Positions 54,724 to 64,000 of a stretch of 64,000 nt of DNA are shown one piece after another. The stretch lies in the IMG/VR virus record IMGVR_UViG_3300042888_001055; one strand, 5' to 3'. The notes beneath the pieces are model-generated. The model saw nothing but the letters and a program-made list of their open reading frames with translations. It made no database searches and was not told where the DNA came from. The DNA is from a virus. Within the stretch, counting starts at the first letter, position 1. Each line of letters opens with the position of its first letter. The translations under genes and the position numbers were made by a program.

Positions 54724-57042
54724 TTAAAGCTTACAAGCTTCGCAATCTTCTTCATCCATATCATTAAAGCCACTTGGCAAATCTAATACAGTTTCATCTT
54801 GACTCTTACTACCTGCTTTGTTAATCAAGCTATAGTAGAATGTTTTTAATCCCCACACATGTGCCTGCATCAAGTTCTTAGCAATCAATGTTGTTGGGAC
54901 TTTTCTCTCAGGGAAATGTGCTGGATTATAAAACGTATTAGTACTTATGCTTTGATCAACATAGGCTGCAATCACAGCCGCTGTCTTTAAGTACCCGTCA
55001 CAATCTTTTTGATCCCACATCAATTGATATTTGTTTTTCAACTTATGATATTCTGGGACAACTTGTACAAAACTTCCTGCTTTACTTTCTTTAACTGAAA
55101 TTAAACTCATTGGCATTTCAATACCATTAGTGCTATTGATAACTACACTACTAGATTCTACAGGAGCCACTGCCATTTGTGTAGCATTACGGACACCATG
55201 ACTACGCATCATAGCACGTAATCCTTCCCAATTCAATTCAGGTTCAAAGTTTGTTAATTCATTAACACCTTTAGCACGTAACTCCCAGGGAAATATACCT
55301 TGACCATAACGTGTTTTATCACTATGTTCACATCGTCCACGTTCTTGTGCTAGTTCTACACTTGCTTCAGTTAAGTAGAAGGATAAGTGTTCCATCCACG
55401 TCTTGACTTCAGCCAATGCGTCTTTTTCTCCGTACTTGAGACTTCGCTTGGCGTGCCAGTAGGCAAGATTAGTGATTCCAATTCCAAGAGGTCTGATTTC
55501 ATCGTTTGATAATTTAGATTGAATGGATAGAAAGTCTTGATAGTCAAGAATGTTATTGAGGCTACGATGCAGTATGCGACAAGCACGGCGCATATCTTCT
55601 GGGTTACGGAACGCACCCCAATTAATACTGCCCAATGTGCAAAGAGCGATACGACCATCGCTGTCATCCAGACGTTTAAAGGATTTAGTAGGTAAAAGAA
55701 TTTCACAGCATAAGTTACTCTGGTAAATTGTATGATATTCAGGATCAAATGGTCCCTGTTTCATTACGTTATCAACGAACACTAAGTAAATACGACCTGT
55801 ATCTGTTCGTTCTTTTAATATGCCTGACTTGAATACTTCTTCAGCCGACATTGTTTTCTTTCTCAGGTCTTTACGTTTTTCATATTTAACGTATAATTCT
55901 TCAAACAATTCTGTATTACTATAGAATGCTTGATAAAGATCAGGTACTTCGTTTGGATCAAAGAATGTTATTTGTTCTTTGTTTTTGAATCTTCTCCAGA
56001 AGAATGCGCTAAGAACAACCCCATAGTCCATGAACCTGACTCTAGTTTCGTCTGTTCCTTGATTGTTTTTAAGTACGATAAGATCATCAAACTGATGATG
56101 CCATATAGGATAGAATACAGTAGCACTTGCATTGCGAATACCTCCTTGACTGCAACTACGTAAATCGCCGAACCATTTCTTTAAGAATGGTATCATGCCG
56201 GTGTGCATAATCTCGCCACCACGAATAGGACTACCTAATGGTCGTAGTCGTCCTATTTCTAAACCAATGCCAGCACGTTTGCTAGCATACTTTGCCATCA
56301 TTTCTCCGCTAGCAAATATACTGTCCAGATCATCGTCACTGCGGATAAGTACGCAACTACTAAACTGTTTAGTAGGAGTCCCAAGACCAGCGAGAACAGG
56401 AGTAGCAAGAGTGAACAAGCCATCACTGGCTGCATTATAATATTCTTTAATATAACGCATGCGGGCACTATTAGGTTCTTCATTATGAAAGACTGTAGCG
56501 GCTGCAACCATGTATCTAACTTGAGGTGTTTCATATGTTTGTTTTGTTGATCTATTTTTTACTAGATATTTTTCAATCAATTGTTCAATGGCGGCATAAC
56601 TATATTGTTCGTCCTTAGAATGGTCAAGCATGTCGTCCATCTTGTTCCAATCTTCTTCACTGTACCATTCTAGTAGCTCTGGAGTATATAATCCTGTAGC
56701 AACATTAGTTACTACAATATCATAAAGACGGGGAGGCTCATAGTTACCATACACATCTTTACGTAGCATTGATAATCTTTGTTTACCTGCTACATATTGA
56801 TAGTTTGTATGACCTACGTCTGGATTGTTTTCTACATCTATTAAGTCTACAACCGCACGTAACGTAATTCCATCAATTTCTGTAGTTGAAATTCCATCAT
56901 AGAAGTGTAATTGACTTTTAATCTCTACCATTGAAGGGCTAACATCAGCTATTCCTACACATATCTTTGCCACTTGCGCTTGCCATTTTTCTAACATTAA
57001 TGGTTCTTTTGTCCCATTTCTCTTAGTGACGTATATTTTCAT
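54724..57042 (-). CDS. nrdA: Ribonucleotide reductase class Ia alpha subunit
   Basis: ATP-cone VTKRNG, SSCVL, SNLCCEI, KTFYY, C-terminal CEACKL; no intein or intron seen. Confidence 0.97.
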   Translation of the reverse strand: MKIYVTKRNGTKEPLMLEKWQAQVAKICVGIADVSPSMVEIKSQLHFYDGISTTEIDGITLRAVVDLIDVENNPDVGHTNYQYVAGKQRLSMLRKDVYGNYEPPRLYDIVVTNVATGLYTPELLEWYSEEDWNKMDDMLDHSKDEQYSYAAIEQLIEKYLVKNRSTKQTYETPQVRYMVAAATVFHNEEPNSARMRYIKEYYNAASDGLFTLATPVLAGLGTPTKQFSSCVLIRSDDDLDSIFASGEMMAKYASKRAGIGLEIGRLRPLGSPIRGGEIMHTGMIPFLKKWFGDLRSCSQGGIRNASATVFYPIWHHQFDDLIVLKNNQGTDETRVRFMDYGVVLSAFFWRRFKNKEQITFFDPNEVPDLYQAFYSNTELFEELYVKYEKRKDLRKKTMSAEEVFKSGILKERTDTGRIYLVFVDNVMKQGPFDPEYHTIYQSNLCCEILLPTKSFKRLDDSDGRIALCTLGSINWGAFRNPEDMRRACRILHRSLNNILDYQDFLSIQSKLSNDEIRPLGIGITNLAYWHAKRSLKYGEKDALAEVKTWMEHLSFYLTEASVELAQERGRCEHSDKTRYGQGIFPWELRAKGVNELTNFEPELNWEGLRAMMRSHGVRNATQMAVAPVESSSVVINSTNGIEMPMSLISVKESKAGSFVQVVPEYHKLKNKYQLMWDQKDCDGYLKTAAVIAAYVDQSISTNTFYNPAHFPERKVPTTLIAKNLMQAHVWGLKTFYYSLINKAGSKSQDETVLDLPSGFNDMDEEDCEACKL

Positions 57043-57044
57043 TT

Positions 57045-57482
57045 TTACCCTATCTTATTATTAATTGTTGTTATATCTAATTTGCTTACTATATTAAATT
57101 CTTGTAGATTATTACTTATCACCGTATCAGGCCAGTAATTAAGTATATATTTTGCGTTGTCTACCAATACTAATGGTACTTCATTGCTATCAATGTCCTT
57201 AGCCAAAACGTATTCTATGTCAGTAATATTCATTAATAATAGAGTATAACACATTCCTAGACCTCTTGCAAGTGGACAATAGGTGTTTTCTACCAAAAGT
57301 TCCCAAGGACCAGGCCAATTGGGTAAATCAGTTGGGTGAAGATAGTGATTGATTAATGGCGCACATTGCCACCATTTATCTATTTCCACACATTGTTGAC
57401 TTAAATCAAAGTTTTTGATTTGATTGCGTAAATTATACCAAGATTGTAATCTATTGTCGTAAGACGATTGAAATGTATTCAT
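57045..57482 (-). CDS. Conserved hypothetical protein
   Basis: WPGPWELL..N.YC...RGLGMCYTL. Confidence 0.7.
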   Translation of the reverse strand: MNTFQSSYDNRLQSWYNLRNQIKNFDLSQQCVEIDKWWQCAPLINHYLHPTDLPNWPGPWELLVENTYCPLARGLGMCYTLLLMNITDIEYVLAKDIDSNEVPLVLVDNAKYILNYWPDTVISNNLQEFNIVSKLDITTINNKIG

Positions 57483-57527
57483 TAGATAACTACTTATCTA
57501 AAATTAAAAGATAGCTAACTTTGTTAC

Positions 57528-57824
57528 TTAAAAGAAAGAAGAAAAGTTACCTTGTACTACAGACGGTGCTGTAAAGTTCCATCCATTATTGTTACCAAGA
57601 TCAGTAGAAGTTAAATTAGAAAAGAAAGCAGATGATACATTACTATCTTGTATGCTTAAGTAATTTACGTTAGCTGTGCCTGTAGGTTTAGTCAATGTAA
57701 ATTGAGTACCCGAAACAGAGCTATTAATAGTTACAGGTGCACCGGATTCTCCTGTCATAGTGAAGTTAGTAATTGTAGTAGTAGAACCTGCTTCAAAGGT
57801 AATAGTTGTTGCGTATTGTGTCAT
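57528..57824 (-). CDS. Detached C-terminal module of beta-helix fibre protein
   Basis: TITFEAGSTTT...YLSIQDSN...GNNNGWNF; own SD AAGGA. Confidence 0.65.
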   Translation of the reverse strand: MTQYATTITFEAGSTTTITNFTMTGESGAPVTINSSVSGTQFTLTKPTGTANVNYLSIQDSNVSSAFFSNLTSTDLGNNNGWNFTAPSVVQGNFSSFF

Positions 57825-57835
57825 GGGTTATTCCT

Positions 57836-60800
57836 TTAGAATATATCACCTGTATTTGTTGATGGGAATGCCCTACCACTACCCCATATAATACGTACTA
57901 TTCCACCGCCACCGGTACCGCCGGCTGCTGATTGATATTGGAATGCGCCACCGCCGCCACCGCCGCCACCATAGTTACCACCATTAGCTCCGGGTAATAC
58001 AGCTTGGAATTGAAACGGTGAGCCTGTTCCGCCTTGTGTGCCTTGAGAGCTAGGTGAAACATATGAGCCACCGCCACCACCTGTTATAAGTGCGTTAGAT
58101 CCAGGAGCACCATTTGTGCCTTGACCAAATGAACCTACACCGCCACCACCAGCTCCGGCTGATGCATAAGATCCATTACTAACACCGGCTGTAGCACCAC
58201 CACCGCCACCACCGCCACCTGATCCTGCGCCGGGTTCAGGTCCTAGTGTGCCTGAACCAGAGAATCCTGCGCCAGCACCGCCGTTGCCTGCGTAACCGCC
58301 TGCGCCACCACCACCTGATGCACCTGAACCCCAGCCACCACCAGTACCACCTATACCGCCATTGCCACCACCATCGCCCACGTATGTTCCACCGGCTCTA
58401 TTCTGATATCCCATCATACCACCGCCACCTTTAACAGTTGCAGGACTGACAAAATAACTATCGCCCCCTGCTAAGTTGCTAGTGCCGCCTGCTCCTGCAA
58501 CAACAGTATATGATTGTCCTGGTGTGACAGCTATGTTGTTTTTCCAACCTAATCCACCGCCACCGCCACCATCACCATTGTGATATGCTCCAGGGGGACC
58601 GTAACCAGCATAATCTCCTCCTCCGCCGCCTCCGATACATACTACACAGACATTCAATACACCAGCAGGTACTACCCATGAATACGTACCCGGAGTAGTA
58701 AATGCTGCTTGGAATAAGTCGTTATTTATCATGTTAGGACTTATTTGAATATCTTGGAACGTATTAGAACCAGTAATAGTTAAAGCACCTACACCTTCTT
58801 GTATCAAAGTACCATATGTGCCTCCGCCACCAGCAAATGTTTTTACATCAGGATTATACATGTTTATATTGTACCCAGAGCCAGTGAATCCAGCTCCCGA
58901 AGTTACTGTCCAAGCATAACCAACTGTAATTGTACCACCCGTACCTGTTATAGACCTAGATCCAGTGCCAGTTGAACTTACATAACCCAACGTTAATGTT
59001 CTTGCATTTAAATTTAAGTTACCTTCATTTAATGCATAGGTACAACTACTTATTAATGTCAAATTAGCTGACAGTACTAAATTGCCGCCCGTCTGTGTAA
59101 ATGTAGTTAATGTGCTAAGATTTCCAGTATCATATGTAAATGTACCACCTGTTAAATTTAAGCTAGTAGATGTTACTGATGCGTTGGCACCAAATGTTAA
59201 ATCTGCGCCTGTACTAAATGAAGAAGATGCTACAGTACCAACATTTAATAATGTACCAGTTGTAGAGCTAAAGGCACCTGAACATGTTAATGTATAATTA
59301 GCAAAATCTATTGTACCTGTAGTTTGTGTAAAAGTACTACATGTTAAATTACTACCTAATGTAGTTGTTCCCGGTGAGTTAGTAACAACGGCTGCTATAG
59401 TTTTTCCGTTACTAGTAACTGTACCTGTACCACGCATAGTAATTGATAATCCAGTATATGTTCCACTACTAGATAATGTTAATCCATTAAGATTTAGTGA
59501 GGTGGTTGCTAAAGTAAATGCAGTAGTACCAAAACTTAAATTATTAAAATAACTACCAGATGTAAGTGTTGCAATTGCAGTGCCTGTACCAGTTAGTGTT
59601 AAACTAGGTGCATTTGAATATGAACCGCCTGTAGTACCAAATGTAAATGTTCTAGTAACATTAGCTTCTGCAGTAAATCCGCCAGTACCAGTCACGGTAC
59701 AATTAGTAGCATTTGCCATGTTAAGAACAGTTTGTCCTGCTGTAGAATGTGCTAATACAATATTACCAGTGCCAAAATCAATTGAGCGGGCAGTACTATT
59801 AGTTGAACTGAATATACCTGTTGTTAAATTAACACTGGTTAGTATTAAATTACCAGCATTGAATGTATATGTTCCGGTCGCAGTCATTGCATATGCTTTT
59901 GCAAATGTTACAGTACCGGCATTATGAGTAAAAGTAGGGGTAGCAGTAAATGTACCATCTGTAAAAGTAAATGATCCTGAATCAATCACAAAACTTGTAC
60001 TTGCTGTTAGTGTTCCACTAGTTAACTCAAATGTTGCACCTAATGTAAATGTAGTGCAACTAAGAGTACCTATATTAGAATATATACCGGATGTGAAAGT
60101 AATGGTCCCTGTACTTGTTAAACTATTAGTAGCAAAGTTTATATCACCAGATGTTTGTGTTAATGATGAGCATCCGCCCGAACCAGTAAAAGTACTTGTA
60201 CCGGAATGATTAATTGTTAATGGACCAATTGTTTTACCACCAAGATTAATGTTTCCTGTACCTAGTATATTAAAAGTTAAAAGATTGGTACTACTAAGAC
60301 CACCCGATAGATATAAAGTATTACAATTTAAAGTAGTAGATGTTCCTATAGCAAAACTTGTACTACCAAAGTCTAAGATATTAAACCAACTTCCACTAGC
60401 CAATGATATTACACCACTCGTACCAGTAATAGTCAAATTGAGTGCAGTAGTAGAAGAACCACCGCCGCCGTTGGCCATAGTAACAGTACGTGATCTATCT
60501 GCGGGTACAGTAAATCCACCGGTACCAGTATATGTAAAGTTAGTAATATTAGACATATTTATTACATTACTACCACTAGTGCTATAATATGCATTAATTA
60601 TACCAGTACCAAAATTAATAGTACGTACATTACTATTATTAGAACTAAATATACCTACGGATAAAGTAAACCCATCAACTGTTAGTGTACCTGAACTAAA
60701 TGAATAAGTAGACAACGTATTCATAGAATATGATTTTAGAAAGGTAACCGTACCTGCAGTATGTGTGAAAGTTGTAAAAGTTGTACCTAACGAGCCTGAT

Positions 60801-63800
60801 GCACCTAAAGTAAAGCTTCCTGAATTAATTACAATAGATGTAGTAGGATTTAAACTACCGCTGTTGACAGTAACACTGGTATCGTTGTTTACAGTGAAAG
60901 TAGTACATGCGGTAGTACCAAAATTAATTAAACTTCCTCCATTGACTGTAATTGCACCAGTTGTATTAAATATATAACCATTAAAATTTAATGTAGTATT
61001 AGCTATATGAGTGTATGGTTGAGCAGTATAGAAGTCCGCTTGTAATGTAATTGATGCACCTGTTGCTAGGTATAAATTATTAATAAGTTTTCCACTATTA
61101 CTATTAGAAATGGTACCAGTACCATACATAGTAACATTAAAACTAGTAAATATTGGTCCAGTACCTAACTCTAATACTCTAACATAAGGACCGGCACCAC
61201 CGGCTATAGGATCTCCAGTTGTACCTATAAAGCTTAATGTATCAAGCCAACTACCTGCACTTATAGTTGGATCATTCGTTCCTGCATTAAAATACAGTTT
61301 GATAGCATTAGAAGCAGATCCACCGCTACTATTACCAAAACTAACAGTACCGGTAGCGGCTTGTGTGCCTTTAAACCCCCCTGTACCTGTCCATGTAAAA
61401 TTAGTAGCATCACTCATACTAATACTACCCTGTGTAGTTATAATGTATGATGTACCAAAATTAATACTTCTAACTAAATTAGAACTTGAGCTAAATGACC
61501 CAACTGTTAAATCTGCATTTAAGACTAATCCACAAGGATTAGATGTTGCAAAAGTACAAGTAGCGGACATTACAGTAGAACTTGTTATTGTAATATCACC
61601 ACTAGTAGTTGGATTAATATTTAAAGAGCTAAATGTTCTGCCATTACCTGATATTGTTCCACCTGAGTCTACTATATTAAAACTCATAGCACTATGTGTA
61701 GCACTAGTACCTAGATTTAATGACCTAATATTTAAGTTTGTGCCTGTAATAGTAGCAGTAGATCCAGTAGTATCAATTGTATTAAACCAACTACCTGCTG
61801 AAATATCAGGTGAACTTGAACTACCAGTTAACACTAGTTTTGGGGCATTAGCGATTGAGGCACCTCCACCATTACCAAAAGTTATAACTCTAACTCGGTC
61901 AGTTTGTACAGTAAATCCACCGGTACCAGTATATGTAAAGTTAGTAATATTAGACATATCTAGTACCGTTAGTCCAGAAGTCAGTGGATAGGTTAAATTA
62001 ACAGTTCCAGTACCAAATAATATAGATCGGGTATTTGTATTATTAGACGAAAAAGATGGTGTAGATAGTGTAATATCAGTTATATCTAATACACCTGTAT
62101 TAAATAAATATTTACCATTTGAACTACCACTTAGCATAGTATATGATTTTCTTAAAATCATAGTACCTGCATTTTGTGTGATCAATGGAACCGAACCTAA
62201 AGTGCCGCCGGCTCCGGCAGCTAAAGTAAAAGATCCGGAATTGAGTGTGAAAGTACCAGAGGTAGAATTAAAAGTTATACTGCCGTTATCCAATACATAA
62301 TTTGGACCAGTATGTACATAATTGTAACAAGCGATGGTGCCGCTATTTAAAGTTAATGTACCACCGGTATACGTAAACGTACCTGTTGGTAATGAGCATG
62401 TTAAAGTAAACCCTGCTAAATCTAATGTGTTGGCTGCATGAGTATATAATGTAACTGCTAATGCGCTAGTTAACGTTACTGTGCCGCCACTTGGTGCAGT
62501 AAAAGTATATAATTGTTTACCACTACCACTGACAGTACTAGTAGCACCGTAAAAATCTATTTGCAATCCTGTATAAGCTGTAGTAGCGCCAGCTGTACTA
62601 GATAAAATTACTGAATTTGCATATACTGATGATACTGAAGGGGCTGTAGCACCTACTGGTATAGTATTTTCTGAGCAATTTAATGTTTTAAACCAGCTAC
62701 CACCTGACAATGATATCCTTCTAGATGCTGAACCTGAACCTGTTATAAACATATTAATTGCGTTATCAGCAGAGCCACCTGCACTATTACCATAACTAAC
62801 AGTCTGACTGGCAGATGCATTGGGACAAATTCCACCTGTACCACTCCAAGTAAAATTTCTAACATCCGACATATTAAATCCGCCGGATGTTGAAACAATG
62901 TTAGTAGTTCCAAAATTTATACTGCGAACCAATGTACTAGAGGAATTGAACGTACCAGTGGTAAGAGTATATCCATTAAGTACTATTATAGAAGGGTTAG
63001 AAGTACCAAATGTAGTAGTACCACTAACAATTATATTACTAACAAGAGTACTAGTTCCATTGGATTGTATATCTAAAGTATTGATAGTTCTAGTACCCAT
63101 ATTTAAAGTACCGGTACCTCTTACATTAACAGTAAGTGGATATGTACTTGTACTGCTACCTAATATTATACTGTTAACATTATATGTTGCAGATGCGGGT
63201 GTAGATGAAGTACCTCCTAAATCTAGCATATTAAACCAACTACCACTACTAATACCATATACACTACTACCACTAGTTAAATATAAATTAGGAGCATTGG
63301 CTGAACTCATTCCGCCACCATTACCAAAACTAAATAGTCTAGTACGTGACATTACTGAACGGAATCCACCGGTACCTGTCCATGAAAAATTAGTCCCGTT
63401 TCCCATTTCAATATTAGTATTACTATTCGATGAAAATGCTACATCAATATACCCTGAACCAAATAATATCGCACGTGTATTTGAATTACTAGAATTAAAT
63501 TTACCAGTTGATATTGTGAAACTAGCTAAATCTAATGTACCACTAGTGAATTCTATAGTACCTGCTACTTTAACATTCAATGCGCTTCCTAATGTCCAAG
63601 TACCTACGCCAGTAAATGTTAATGTATCGCAGTTCAATGTAATACCATTAGTAGTTACTGTATTAGTAGTACTTGAATTAAATGTCAGTGTACCTGTACC
63701 ACTCCAAGTAGTACTACTTAATGACATACTGCCATATACTGTAAGTGCACCTGTTCCTGAAAACGTAGTGCTACTAGTTACAGTCATGTTCCTACAAACA

Positions 63801-63958
63801 CCACCAGATAAAGTTACTGTACCACCAGATGGGAAAAATACATCATCAGCACTTGTAGGGGCACTGGCACCACCCGCACCACCTGAAGTAGCACTCCAAC
63901 GTGTAGTGGTACTTGTATTCCAAGTTCCACTGCCGCCTATCCAATATCTGTCTGCCAT
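57836..63958 (-). CDS. Giant fibre/adhesin (2040 aa) with repeated beta-rich modules and C-terminal glycine-rich domain
   Basis: MADRYWIGGSGTW...WSATSGG.GGASAPTSADDVFF N-terminus; about 6 repeats of FSS.N...RSI.FGT...MSN.TNFT.TGTGGF...GSWFN. Confidence 0.82.
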   Translation of the reverse strand: MADRYWIGGSGTWNTSTTTRWSATSGGAGGASAPTSADDVFFPSGGTVTLSGGVCRNMTVTSSTTFSGTGALTVYGSMSLSSTTWSGTGTLTFNSSTTNTVTTNGITLNCDTLTFTGVGTWTLGSALNVKVAGTIEFTSGTLDLASFTISTGKFNSSNSNTRAILFGSGYIDVAFSSNSNTNIEMGNGTNFSWTGTGGFRSVMSRTRLFSFGNGGGMSSANAPNLYLTSGSSVYGISSGSWFNMLDLGGTSSTPASATYNVNSIILGSSTSTYPLTVNVRGTGTLNMGTRTINTLDIQSNGTSTLVSNIIVSGTTTFGTSNPSIIVLNGYTLTTGTFNSSSTLVRSINFGTTNIVSTSGGFNMSDVRNFTWSGTGGICPNASASQTVSYGNSAGGSADNAINMFITGSGSASRRISLSGGSWFKTLNCSENTIPVGATAPSVSSVYANSVILSSTAGATTAYTGLQIDFYGATSTVSGSGKQLYTFTAPSGGTVTLTSALAVTLYTHAANTLDLAGFTLTCSLPTGTFTYTGGTLTLNSGTIACYNYVHTGPNYVLDNGSITFNSTSGTFTLNSGSFTLAAGAGGTLGSVPLITQNAGTMILRKSYTMLSGSSNGKYLFNTGVLDITDITLSTPSFSSNNTNTRSILFGTGTVNLTYPLTSGLTVLDMSNITNFTYTGTGGFTVQTDRVRVITFGNGGGASIANAPKLVLTGSSSSPDISAGSWFNTIDTTGSTATITGTNLNIRSLNLGTSATHSAMSFNIVDSGGTISGNGRTFSSLNINPTTSGDITITSSTVMSATCTFATSNPCGLVLNADLTVGSFSSSSNLVRSINFGTSYIITTQGSISMSDATNFTWTGTGGFKGTQAATGTVSFGNSSGGSASNAIKLYFNAGTNDPTISAGSWLDTLSFIGTTGDPIAGGAGPYVRVLELGTGPIFTSFNVTMYGTGTISNSNSGKLINNLYLATGASITLQADFYTAQPYTHIANTTLNFNGYIFNTTGAITVNGGSLINFGTTACTTFTVNNDTSVTVNSGSLNPTTSIVINSGSFTLGASGSLGTTFTTFTHTAGTVTFLKSYSMNTLSTYSFSSGTLTVDGFTLSVGIFSSNNSNVRTINFGTGIINAYYSTSGSNVINMSNITNFTYTGTGGFTVPADRSRTVTMANGGGGSSTTALNLTITGTSGVISLASGSWFNILDFGSTSFAIGTSTTLNCNTLYLSGGLSSTNLLTFNILGTGNINLGGKTIGPLTINHSGTSTFTGSGGCSSLTQTSGDINFATNSLTSTGTITFTSGIYSNIGTLSCTTFTLGATFELTSGTLTASTSFVIDSGSFTFTDGTFTATPTFTHNAGTVTFAKAYAMTATGTYTFNAGNLILTSVNLTTGIFSSTNSTARSIDFGTGNIVLAHSTAGQTVLNMANATNCTVTGTGGFTAEANVTRTFTFGTTGGSYSNAPSLTLTGTGTAIATLTSGSYFNNLSFGTTAFTLATTSLNLNGLTLSSSGTYTGLSITMRGTGTVTSNGKTIAAVVTNSPGTTTLGSNLTCSTFTQTTGTIDFANYTLTCSGAFSSTTGTLLNVGTVASSSFSTGADLTFGANASVTSTSLNLTGGTFTYDTGNLSTLTTFTQTGGNLVLSANLTLISSCTYALNEGNLNLNARTLTLGYVSSTGTGSRSITGTGGTITVGYAWTVTSGAGFTGSGYNINMYNPDVKTFAGGGGTYGTLIQEGVGALTITGSNTFQDIQISPNMINNDLFQAAFTTPGTYSWVVPAGVLNVCVVCIGGGGGGDYAGYGPPGAYHNGDGGGGGGLGWKNNIAVTPGQSYTVVAGAGGTSNLAGGDSYFVSPATVKGGGGMMGYQNRAGGTYVGDGGGNGGIGGTGGGWGSGASGGGGAGGYAGNGGAGAGFSGSGTLGPEPGAGSGGGGGGGGATAGVSNGSYASAGAGGGGVGSFGQGTNGAPGSNALITGGGGGSYVSPSSQGTQGGTGSPFQFQAVLPGANGGNYGGGGGGGGAFQYQSAAGGTGGGGIVRIIWGSGRAFPSTNTGDIF

Positions 63959-64000
63959 ATTTTATTCTTTAATTATTAAGGATTTTCGTCTGTAGGCACA

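Noticed and set aside
53614-57042. Intron or intein in nrdA/nrdB
   Set aside because: Both ORFs are continuous and of normal length
58246-63995. Plus-strand ORFs up to 391 aa opposite the giant fibre
   Set aside because: Antisense shadows (V/P/L-rich) of the Thr/Gly-rich gene

Overview
AT-rich segment of a large T4-like (myovirus-type) bacteriophage genome. The host is probably a Betaproteobacterium, inferred from IscU, ErpA, a Bug/TctC protein and an HNH of the Burkholderiales type. Left to right: FN3/Ig virion protein; late genes (NT5C nucleotidase, IF-1, SOD, ErpA, baseplate/fibre proteins, papain-like protease); a minus-strand block of small early genes, each cassette behind a sigma70 promoter of consensus TTGACAATAAATGG-N9-TATAAT (includes an unannotated ArfA-like ORF); putative capsid-packaged proteins; a minus-strand array of 28 tRNAs covering all 20 amino acids, interleaved with rpoZ, DnaJ, HNH, cupin oxygenases and several unannotated structured RNAs; a 12 kb cluster of Fe(II)/2OG-type oxygenases, PP-loop enzymes, radical SAM, desaturase, TauD, GNATs and TctC; rubredoxin/rubrerythrin/IscU; SleB hydrolase, PAAR, glutaredoxin, nrdB/nrdA; and a 2040-aa fibre/adhesin. 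Most striking new observation: at the head of the tRNA array (34729-35017, minus strand) is a promoter, a 45-codon leader ORF containing all 20 amino acids (36 different codons), an antiterminator overlapping its stop codon, and an intrinsic terminator. This looks like a ribosome-stalling attenuator that senses the whole tRNA pool and gates read-through into the phage tRNA operon. All calls were made by eye, with no database searches.
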